DNA of 64,000 bases. Source: Paragordius varius (Eukaryota > Animalia > Nematomorpha). The position numbers and the translations under genes were made by a program. Shown here in pieces: positions 39,401 through 48,389 of this stretch. Under the pieces are notes generated by a model that searched no databases, was not told the origin of the DNA, and worked only from the letters and a program-made list of their open reading frames with translations. The stretch lies in NCBI GenBank assembly GCA_964247055.1, contig OZ176058.1, forward strand, positions 496,001 to 560,000, in the 5' to 3' direction. Numbering within the stretch: the first letter of the stretch is position 1; each line of letters opens with the position of its first letter.

Positions 39401-42357
39401 TTTATAAACTAACTTAAGGGAAAATTAAACAGCGGCCCTAAAAAAGCTTATCATGACCGTATTTCAATTTTTTTATTTTTTTATTTTAAATCAGTAATAT
39501 CACAAATAATTTAAATTTCAAAACAAAAACAAAAAAATTAAAATATTAACAGTATTTTATCAATATTCCCTTCAAAGATTAATTTGTTAAATTCGTTTCC
39601 AATTGAATACGCTAACTCAGTGGGACTCAAACCGCGGCCCCAAAAGTAATTTTTATACCCTATTTTCAACTTTTAATATCAATTTTTACTGTATTGAGAA
39701 TAACAATTAAACAGGTTAATTTTCAAAAAAATCGAAAAAAATCAAAATGTTGATAATATTTTATCAATATAATTTTATCAATATCTCGTCAAAGATTAGC
39801 TTATTATAAAGAAATTTGTTTCCAATTCAATTAGCTAACGGTTGTACTCAAATCTCGGCCCTAAAAAGCTTTTTATAAACCTATTGTCAACTTTATAATT
39901 TTTACTATAAATGAAACAATTAAATGTTAATTTGGAATAAAAAAATTATTATGTTTACTAATTATACCATAAATCTTCAATCTTATATTAAATTTTCTTT
40001 TTTTAACTATTTTCTTAAAATTTATTTTATATTAATTTTTAACGTATTTAATAATATGATATATTTTTAATTTTTTTATTATTTCAACTTTTTTTTCAAA
40101 AAAATAATATTTTACCGATTTCTTCGATTAAAAATATCCTTATATATAAAAAAATTAAATTTTTTAAATTGTCTTTTAAAAATTAATATTTTTACCAATC
40201 TAAAATTACATTTTTTATTATTACAACTTTTTTAAAAAAAACTTCAAAATTTCAAATTAAAACTTTTATATAAAAATTTTACATTCTAACTTGTAAATTA
40301 GAAATAATACAATAAATAGGTTAATTGAAAAAAACAAAAAAAATAATTCGATTTAGATATTCAAAAACCCTCCTATAATTTTTTTTAATTTTAAACTTTT
40401 GATTCACTTAAAATTTATAAAAAAATTTAACGTTTTTAATTAGTAAAAAAATTTATTATTTCAACTTTTTTTTCTAAAAAAAACAATATTATACCGATTT
40501 CTTTTATTCAAAAATATCCCTATATCGTAATTTAAAGTTTAAAAATCCCAGAATATAAAAATTATATTTTTAAATTTTAATAATTAATATTTTTACAAAT
40601 CTAAAATAATATTTTTATACATAGTATTATTCACTTAATTTAAAATCACATTTTTTATTATTTAACTTTTTTTTCAAGAAAAAATTTCAACTTTAATCTT
40701 TCAAAATTTCAACTTTAAACTTTATTAAAAAAAATTTAAAAATATAATTTTATAATTTTCTTATTTTTCAAACTTACATTTATTAGTTCTAGTTAAAAAT
40801 TTAAACTTTTTTTCTAAAAAAAATAATATTTCTAAAGATGGAAATTTTATTTTTTTTTTTATTTTGAATTAAAAATTAATATATTTACCAATCTATAATG
40901 ATATTTTTTATTATTACTCACTTTTTTTAAAAAACTTTCAAAAAATTTTTAAACTTTTATAATAAAATTTTTTGAATATAATTTTCTTTTTTCTCTCAAA
41001 CTTACATTTATTAGTTCTATTTAAAAAAATTTATTATTTCAACTTTTTTTCTAAAAAAATAATATTTCTAAAGATGAAAATTTTATTATTGTTTAAAACT
41101 TATATTTTTACCAATCTAAATTGATATTTTTTATTATTCACTTTTATAAAATTCTTTAAACTTTTTATATAAAAATTTTATAAACGAATTTAATTAGTAT
41201 ATATAAAAAAATTATTATTTTAACTTTTTTTGTAAAATAATAATATTTTACCGATTTCTTTAATTAAAAAACCCCATATAAAAAAATTTTATTTTTTAAT
41301 TGTTTTTTCAAAAATTAAAATTTTACCATTTTAAAAATTAATATATTTAACAATCTAAATTAATATTTTTAGTATTTCAACTTTTTTTAGAAAAAATTTT
41401 AAAAAAAATTAATTTAAACTTTTTTTATAAAAATTTTATAGATTTTTTTTTAACTTACATTTATTAGTTCTAGCCAGCATTTCTAACTCTGGGTTTCTTT
41501 TATTAGCACGCAAGTGAGATTTTCTACGTGCCATTTCAATTGCAAAGTCAGCTGTTGTTTTTTGGTCAATCAGCTGATTAGTTTTCGCGCTGCCATGGTA
41601 ACGGTTGCCATCGGCAACGGCAAATGGATACCCAATATTAATAACAGCTGATGTTAATTCTTGTTGGTTTCTATCCAATTCTGTATTTGCTTTAAGGTTG
41701 GAACCAATTTCTCGGCGTTTTTGAACTATTAATTAAGTAATAAAATATTTTAAAATAATAAATTAAAAATGTTATATATATATTTATAAAAAAAATTATA
41801 AATAACTAAATTATTTTAAATAAAATTTAAAATCTAAATATATATAATATATATTTTGAATATTTAATTAATTATAAAAAAATGCAAACTAATAAAATTG
41901 CGATAAAAAAATATGTATTTATCAATATTACGAAAATCCTATTTAAGGTTGAAAAAAGTTGAACAAATAATATAATATATAAAACAAAGCCTTTAATTAA
42001 TAAAAGTAATTATTAATAATAGGGAATATATAAAATGAATTTAATTTATTTAATAAATTTTTATTAATAAAATTAAAACTCAAAACTCTACAATTACTTT
42101 TAATAAACACTAAAAAATATTAATAGTTAAAATTTATTTGTTAAATAGCTATCACAAAATATATTATGGAGAAAGATTTGACACGATTTATTAGGATTTA
42201 ACAAAATATAAAGTATTAAATAAAATTAAATACTTTCGATTTTTTCTTTCAAAGTTGGAATTTCATCAGGGTGAATTTGCAATATATGTTTTGCAGGAAG
42301 TTGAGCCAAGCCCTTTATTTGCAAATTAAAGATGTGTCGAATTTGGATTTTCAACAT
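24991..42357 (-). CDS. MRPL38: 39S mitochondrial ribosomal protein L38 (mL38, PEBP fold), about 844 aa, 12 coding exons
   Basis: Minus-strand exons: 42357-42234, 41725-41459, 37188-36742, 35916-35738, 32622-32453, 30730-30596, 29477-29031, 28458-28219, 27183-26990, 26459-26372, 25598-25436, 25071-24991. All are GT-AG, phases are compatible and the total is 2535 nt. Family motifs occur in the right order: INIGYP; LAEHYGLYRDIF; FHPHVPMQILY; PVYRGN; YTLLLTSLD; EVLHWFVANIP; LPYIRPFFPRGLGYHRMVFLLF; FYRTFQSELT..SWFQATW; FNTYLDYYEDPK; KWMRDDITKQRLG. The start codon and the exon 11/12 junction are the least certain parts. Confidence 0.9.
25436..25598 (-). CDS. MRPL38: MRPL38 exon 11
   Basis: YLDYYEDPKARAKRVTLAQL; donor position uncertain (gtttat at 25435 or gtagat further upstream). 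Confidence 0.75.
26372..26459 (-). CDS. MRPL38: MRPL38 exon 10
   Basis: IPAPSVEY...FPAKQKFN; ttttag| and AC|gtaaaa ends. Confidence 0.85.
26990..27183 (-). CDS. MRPL38: MRPL38 exon 9
   Basis: ORF 26985-27182; FYRTFQSELTAVEISWFQATWHDILHSFY. Confidence 0.85.
28219..28458 (-). CDS. MRPL38: MRPL38 exon 8 (PEBP core)
   Basis: VANIP...PYIRPFFPRGLGYHRMVFLLF. Confidence 0.9.
29031..29477 (-). CDS. MRPL38: MRPL38 exon 7
   Basis: 447 nt open frame including ORF 29027-29317; ends EVLHWF|gtaagt. Confidence 0.85.
30596..30730 (-). CDS. MRPL38: MRPL38 exon 6 (lineage-specific insertion)
   Basis: 135 nt, phase 2-2, open frame, tttag| and AG|gtattt ends. Confidence 0.75.
32453..32622 (-). CDS. MRPL38: MRPL38 exon 5
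   Basis: TSQSPEI...YYTLLLTSLDPG. Confidence 0.85.
32721..33376. mobile_element. Foldback MITE family B copy (about 18 left-arm 21-mers), in MRPL38 intron 4
   Basis: tata|CCATTG...GTAAATGG|tata. Confidence 0.8.
34310..35390. repeat. Degenerate tandem repeat family D, cluster 2 (MRPL38 intron 4)
   Basis: About 7 units of ATCAG(G/A)ATTCTCA..TTTAGTTTTGAGCTTTA..AAGAAAGTTA..AAAATTTGAGCA. Confidence 0.65.
35738..35916 (-). CDS. MRPL38: MRPL38 exon 4
   Basis: Ends SPVYRGNILDAFE|gttttt. Confidence 0.85.
36742..37188 (-). CDS. MRPL38: MRPL38 exon 3
   Basis: LLINLDSVER...LAEHYGLYRDIFGPAF...HPHVPMQILY; donor G|gtgaat. Confidence 0.9.
38133..38530. mobile_element. MITE A copy (only one inside MRPL38; internally expanded)
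   Basis: CAGTAAAAATTG...ATATTTACTG|ta. Confidence 0.75.
39050..39880. repeat. Five diverged tandem copies of a GC-rich core, possibly a hAT-like terminus
   Basis: TAGCTAACTCAGTGGGACTCAAACCGCGGCCC variants at about 39065, 39230, 39425, 39610 and 39830. Confidence 0.5.
41459..41725 (-). CDS. MRPL38: MRPL38 exon 2
   Basis: taatag| acceptor, |gtaagt donor; INIGYP...RANKRNPELEMLAR. Confidence 0.85.
42234..42357 (-). CDS. MRPL38: MRPL38 exon 1 (presequence-like N-terminus MLKIQIRHIF...)
   Basis: Donor GAAA|gtattt, phase 1; lies inside ORF 42226-42411. Confidence 0.7.
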
Positions 42358-42360
42358 AAG

Positions 42361-42379
42361 CACATGTAATTTTATCGAT
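42361..42379. promoter_or_regulatory. CACATG and DRE-like TATCGAT just upstream of the MRPL38 ATG
   Basis: Motif match only; TATCGATA is the arthropod housekeeping DRE. TSS unknown. Confidence 0.2.
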
Positions 42380-42492
42380 TCAAAAATATAAACGATGAAA
42401 GGTAAAATCAAATGACTTTTTAAATAAATTTTTTAAAAATAGTATTAAAATAAATAGTATAATAAAAGAACAATATAAGCCTAGGAATAATA

Positions 42493-42496
<4 letters not shown>

Positions 42497-42566
<70 letters not shown>
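42497..42566. repeat. (TA)n microsatellite, about 35 units, 140 bp upstream of the MRPL38 ATG
   Basis: Seen directly; other (TA)n tracts at about 12795, 24105, 26487, 33377, 49208 and 50352. Confidence 0.9.
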
Positions 42567-42570
<4 letters not shown>

Positions 42571-44251
42571 AATATTTTGATAAATATAGTATACATCTAT
42601 GAATCATTTATAGACAGAGATCACTCTTGAATATCATTTCTATTTAAAGATAAATAAATTTTAAATGTACACAATTTAAAAAAAAATATCTTATTTTCTA
42701 ATTTTTGTTTATTAACTATGTTAGCCGCAGAATTTCAAATTGGTATTTCCAATAAAAATTGCGAACAATGTATTATAGATTTTTTCTAGAACAAAAATCT
42801 AATATTCAAGCTTTTATTAAAATATTTACAATTATGTTAATTTTTGACACTATCAATTAAAAATTGGTTAAGTTTAACCAGTTATCCCTTTTTTTCCTAT
42901 TTATATGCAGTCTCTTAGTTTGTCACTGTAAATAATAATATAACCTCCAAAGATTTGATTTTTGACATAATGTGTTATTGTAATTATTATTTTATTTGAT
43001 TTTATCCTTCCAAGTTTATCTAAAAACCCTACCCCTAAAGCTGTTTTCTCAATAGAAGTTTCATAACTCATTTTTTAAACTTTATAATAATAGCTAATCC
43101 ATATTATATATGAGTAATCATTATTAGAGGTAGAAATCCGGAATTGACAGTAAAAATTGAAAATATTCGGACAAAATATAAAATACAAATATTTTTTTAC
43201 AAAATCAACCATATTTTTTAAATGTTGCTTTTTTTATACAACTGGTTATTGAAGAATATAAAATAAATGTAAATTGGTAGCATAACACTGTGCAACAAAA
43301 TATGGGGTCAATTTTCTGGACTCGATTTTCTAAAAATTTTCTGATTCCTTATAGTGTTGTGATCAGATTTGCGTAAAAATTTTTTTTACTTTCCCAGCTC
43401 GTTTTCGAGATATGGGACTTTTTCCATATTTGGACATATCCAAAATTTTCTTGTTTGTAAATATTTTTCGCTATGTAAACGAATAATATGTGGCTTACAT
43501 AAGTATTTTTACAAGAAATTACCAATTTATCTTCAAACTAAAAAAAAAATTTACTTAAAATATCCAATACTTTTTGTTTTAGGGGGCAAAAACCCTCAAA
43601 AATTGGGTAACTTAACATTTTTTCACACAAATATTTTTTATCAATTTATTAAATCAAAACAAACTTTATTATATGTTCTTGGATGTTGATAATGTTTGTT
43701 TAAATATAAATATCACTTTGTAATAGCTTTGTGGACTTTTATTTTTAAAAATAAATTTAATTTTTACAGCTTTTTTGTTGCTTTTTTTATGTAAAAAATA
43801 ATTTAATTTAGTCAGCTGTAAATACTAATTTCATTTTTTCATCTGAAATTTTTAAATTTTGACCATATATGGTGGCAGATATGTTGATTCGTTTGCTTCA
43901 TTTTTAAATATTTTAAAATAATATAAAATGGACAATGATTCTTATATAAATTTGTGATTGAATTCTGAATCGGAAAAATCGTCTGCCTTTTGGATATGAG
44001 AAGAACACACCAAAACCATCAAATACATTTTATATTTATACATTAGGGTTATGGATGATTCTTTATTTGTAAAGAGTGCAATGTAAAGAGGCTTATTACC
44101 CTGATGAAGTTTTACGATACTCGGAAATGAATTCTTTTTTAAAAAAGTTTAATCACCCATAAAATTTCAGTTGTTTAGAGAACAGGTATGCCACAGAGAA
44201 ATCAAAGGAAAGCACCCTCATATACTAAATTATATTTTTAATAATTTTAAC

Positions 44252-45224
44252 CAATTATTTCTAGACGCTTCTCAGGTATATATTTTACATCTTTAGGAAA
44301 GTTTAAAGGCATTTTTATTGGACCGTGCCGGAGAGCACAGGCCAATATTAATAGCATTCAGCCGAGTATATAGGGAAACCTATGATAATTTTGAAAATAT
44401 TTTGCAACTCCTCCGATACAACTTCCATTATTGGCATGTAACAGCGGATTATAAAGTTTCTAAAATTCTAATATTTTTATAGGTCATGGGACTGCTTTAC
44501 GGAATACAGAAAGGATTTCCTAAATTCTTTTGTCCTTTGTGTGAGTGGGACTCGCGGGACACCGATAACCATTACACAAAAAAAAATTGGCCCGCCAGAA
44601 CTTATGAAGTTGGGCCCAAGAATCAGACTAATTCTCCATTAATATCAGCTAACAAATTTGTTTTGCCGCCATTGCACACACTGCTTGGATTGGCCAAAAC
44701 ATTTTTGTGCAGTCTCGATAAAAATGGCGAAGCTTGGGCCCATTACTTCAGGAAGTTCAGGATGACGCCTGCCAAAATTAACGCCGCAGTTTTGATAGGG
44801 CCGTAGGTATTATACTTTTAATTTTAGGTTACGAATCTTTTCAATGATGTTATGTTTGAATCTAAAATGCAACCCAAAGAAAAAGCGGCATGGGTTGCAT
44901 TGCGAACTTTTTCTCAAAATTTTTTGGGAAATACAAAAAATAAGAACCATCTGGAATTAGGCAATCGTTTAATAGATTCTTTAAATAGGATGGGTATGTA
45001 TGTTATAATACATTTGTTTTTTAAACATTTATATTAATTTTTATCCTATAGGATGCCGCATGAGTCTAAAGCTCCATATGGTGGATTCCCATCTACATTT
45101 TTTTCCAAAAGACTCAATTAGTGACCAAAGAGGAGAAAAGGGTCACCAGCTTTTGAAACCCTTCGAAAAAACCTATCGAAACAATATAAATTTAATTTGC
45201 GATTATATATATATGAATAAATAA
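44252..45224 (+). pseudogene. Chapaev3-type DDE transposase, catalytic/C-terminal part, intron-split, one in-frame TAG
   Basis: Exons ..44275, 44297-44455, 44483-44806, 44828-44993, 45052-45224 give QLFLDASQ-ESLKAFLL...WHVTADYK-VMGLLYGIQKGFPKFFCPLCEWDSR...LPPLHTLLG...LIGP*-VTNLF...EKAAW...NFLGN...G-CRMSLKLHMVDSHLHFFP...SDQRGEKGHQ. These match the family motifs LFIDSS/SLKAVLL/GDLKV/CFLCEWDSR/LPPLH/GPQ/MSLKIH/SDExGERFHQ as recalled. Confidence 0.8.
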
Positions 45225-45544
45225 ATTATTATTTTATTTTTTCTACACCTAATTTACTTTATTATTCTAGATTAGATTATCCGTGTCTTAAAATCTTTTG
45301 ACCAAAATATATTCTAAATATTCACTTTAATAACTGATTATAATTAGGATTTGCATATAGTTCAATATAATATGATGAAATTATTTATTAATGGTAGATT
45401 TTATTAGGCATATTCTTCAATTTTCTCTGCACAGTCATCCATATTGAAAGTAATCTATTAGCTGATGTGATATACAAATTGTTGCGATTGGGTACTTTGT
45501 CATGATAATATAACTACCTATTAATAAAATACTTTTATGTGGCA

Positions 45545-45760
45545 GACGCCAAAATCGAATTGGTAAATAATTTTAAATACTTGGGCGATGTCATACATTG
45601 TCTAGGTGTGGAATAAACAAATCAGTTAAATATAGATCCCAACAGGTTGGGGTAAAATATCATTAACTTAAATTTATGCTTAAACATATATCAGCAAAAA
45701 ACAAAGGTTGATTAGAGTTGTTGATAAGCGACAATAGTTTAAATTAAATAAAACGTTAAC
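45545..45760 (+). mobile_element. LINE reverse-transcriptase fragment inside the Chapaev element
   Basis: KIELVNNFKYLGDVI followed, after a frameshift, by RIPTGWGK; FKYLG and RI..GW are typical non-LTR RT thumb motifs. Confidence 0.4.
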
Positions 45761-47219
45761 GACAAAAAATAATTTAACTGAAGAGACGATAACCCAAATA
45801 AAATTTTTAAGAATATATGGTTAAAATTATTAAAAATATAATTTAGTATATGAGGGTGCTTTCCTTTGATTTCCCTGTGGCATACCTGTTCCCTAAACAA
45901 CTGAAATTTTATGGGTGATTAAACTTTTTTAAAAAAGAATTCATTTCCGAGTATCGTAAAACTTCATCAGGGTAATAAGCTTCTTTAGATTGCATTCTTG
46001 ACAAAGAGGGAATCATCCATAACCCTAATGTATAAATATAAAATGTATTTGATGGTTTTGGTGTGTTCTTCTCATATCCAAAAGGCAGACGATTTTTCCG
46101 ATTCAGAATTCAATCACAAATTTATATAAGAATCATTGTCCATTTTATATTATTTTAAAATATTTAAAAATGAAGCAAACGAATCAACATATCTGCCACC
46201 ATATATGGTCAAAATTTAAAAATTTCAGATGAAAAAATGAAATTAGTATTTACAGCTGACTAAATTAAATTATTTTTTACATAAAAAAAGCAACAAAAAA
46301 GCTGTAAAAATTAAATTTATTTTTAAAAATAAAAGTCCACAAAGCTATTACAAAGTGATATTTATATTTAAACAAACATTATCAACATCCAAGAACATAT
46401 AATAAAGTTTGTTTTGATTTAATAAATTGATAAAAAATATTTGTGTGAAAAAATGTTAAGTTACCCAATTTTTGAGGGTTTTTGCCCCCTAAAACAAAAA
46501 GTATTGGATATTTTAAGTAAATTTTTTTTTAGTTTGAAGATAAATTGGTAATTTCTTGTAAAAATACTTATGTAAGCCACATATTATTCGTTTACATAGC
46601 GAAAAATATTTACAAACAAGAAAATTTTGGATATGTCCAAATATGGAAAAAGTCCCATATCTCGAAAACGAGCTGGGAAAGTAAAAAAATTTTTTACGCA
46701 AATCTGATCACAATACTATAAGGAATCAGAAAATATTTAGAAAATCGAGTCCAGAAAAAGTTGTGTCACAGTGTAATTAATTATATACTTTATATTATAT
46801 ATAAAAAATTCAAGTTTGAAAACGTATGATTGTTTTAGAAAAAAAGTATTTTGCTTTATATTTTTATATTTTGTCCGTATAATTTCTGTTTTTCCTATAA
46901 ATGACAAAAAGAATTTGAATAAGCTCAATGCTTCAATAAATAAATATTTATCATGCATTTTATTATGAAAAGTAAATAATGATATCTATGAATGATTTCC
47001 AAAAGTTTCATTGTTTTGTGATCTGTAAATATGAGCTAGTTTCTTAAACGCGATTATAGAGTTATTGATTAGCATTCTTATTTTTTTTAAAAAAAAACAT
47101 TCGTTTTAATAACCAAATATAATCTTACATACATCATATATAAATTAAATTAAATATACAATTTAGAGTGTCTTTTTTCCTTTTTCTAAAGGGTATGACC
47201 TTAATTGTATCTGGATTTG

Positions 47220-47343
47220 TGAAGGCTTAACACTCGCCTGCCTGCCCAAGACTGACAGTGATAATGGAAAAATTGCGTAGTTTCGGGGTTCGAACTCTTA
47301 CATGCAGTGTAAGAGTCCGGCGCCCTACCTACTCCATCACGCC
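47220..47343 (-). mobile_element. tRNA-derived SINE (head plus part of the body)
   Basis: Minus strand GGCGTGATGGAGTAGGTAG (A-box-like)...GAGTTCGAACCC (B-box), then CAGTCTTGGGCAGGCA...TTAAGCC body-like sequence; no acceptor stem or CCA. Confidence 0.55.
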
Positions 47344-47528
47344 TTTTACATACATCGTTTAAAAAGAAAAATAAATTGTTTTGAAAAAAAATTAATTACA
47401 AATACGTTATTAAAACATAAATCAACGTGGTAAGGAGATTTTTACCATATCCAACTCGAAATTTGGTTACAATTTGCTTATTTCTATGCCAATTTAATTA
47501 ACACTTGAATACAACACACTCATTTTAG

Positions 47529-48083
47529 TCCTTCGATTCAAATTGGGGTAGTTGGATACCCCAGGCCTGTTTAAAATCAAATACTTTAGAAAGTATGGAA
47601 GGAATCGAAACCATGGCAATATTTTGCACTTATATAACATTAATAAACCGAAATATATAAAAAATTTTATTCAAAAATACTTGATATTACACATTTTAAG
47701 CTAAAACCAAAAGGTAAAAATTTTGTCAACGTGACATGTGTCAAATTGTAAAATTGAAAAATTATACAAACTAAACCCCTTTTTCTATTTCTATCAATGT
47801 TAGATGTAATTTATATAAAAAATTAGCTTTAGTTTTAGCCTTAAAATTAAATAAAGACGATATTTTGCAAAAATTTTGTAAAATAAAAATGGCGTCGAAG
47901 TAGTTTGAGATGGAGCTTTTTTTTCAAAACAAAATTTTATCAAGATATATTGGCATATTTATATAATATTTATCAGGATAGAAGCATAAATTTAAATTGG
48001 GACCGTTTCCTTCAGTAGTTTTTTAAAAATATTAATTTAAAATAGGTCTGGGGTATTTAGATACCCCAATTTGAATCGAAGTG
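47529..48083. mobile_element. piggyBac-like non-autonomous element
   Basis: ~45-bp inverted ends CTTCGATTCAAATTGGGGTA...TACCCCAATTTGAATCGAAG; right end followed by TTAA, left TTAA degenerate. Confidence 0.5.
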
Positions 48084-48389
48084 TTAAATAACAGACTCAT
48101 ATTTAGTGCTTTTTTAAAATTTAATGTTTATTGGGTAATGTGTTGAAATGATAATTTAAGACTTGGGAAAATTTTCTAGTTATTGACGCTCTAGATCAGG
48201 TAACATGCGGTCATACAAGTGCCTTTTTTTAACCCTAAATTATTTATTAAATTATTTAATGTATTTATTTTGAGTGTATGTATTTGCAATATATAATATT
48301 GCTATGAAAATTATATTGGTGTTATAGGGCGCTCGGCTCTTGACACAGATAAATTTTTTGTGGCTTTATAAATATCTTGGAGGGATAAA

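Larger units (their letters stand above)
43286..46773 (+). mobile_element. Chapaev3-like (CMC) DNA transposon, 3488 bp, with ~960-bp inverted arms
   Basis: Begins CACTGTG (43286) and ends CACAGTG (46773), with TAA on both sides (3-bp TWA-type TSD). Arms 43286-44253 and 45818-46773 are near-perfect inverted copies. Carries an internal transposase. Confidence 0.85.

Noticed and set aside
42380-42607. ORF with an IYIYIY run
   Set aside because: Translation of a (TA)n microsatellite.
44804-44806. TAG at the conserved GPQ position as evidence of stop-to-Gln reassignment
   Set aside because: All other Gln codons in the transposase and in about 3 kb of host CDS are CAA/CAG with no in-frame TAR, and host genes end in TAA and TGA. 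A CAG>TAG nonsense mutation is simpler.
43369-46701. Twin ORFs MRKNFFYFPSSFSRYG... at 43369-43689 and 46513-46701
   Set aside because: Mirror images in the transposon arms near the termini; one is frameshifted; no recognisable domain.
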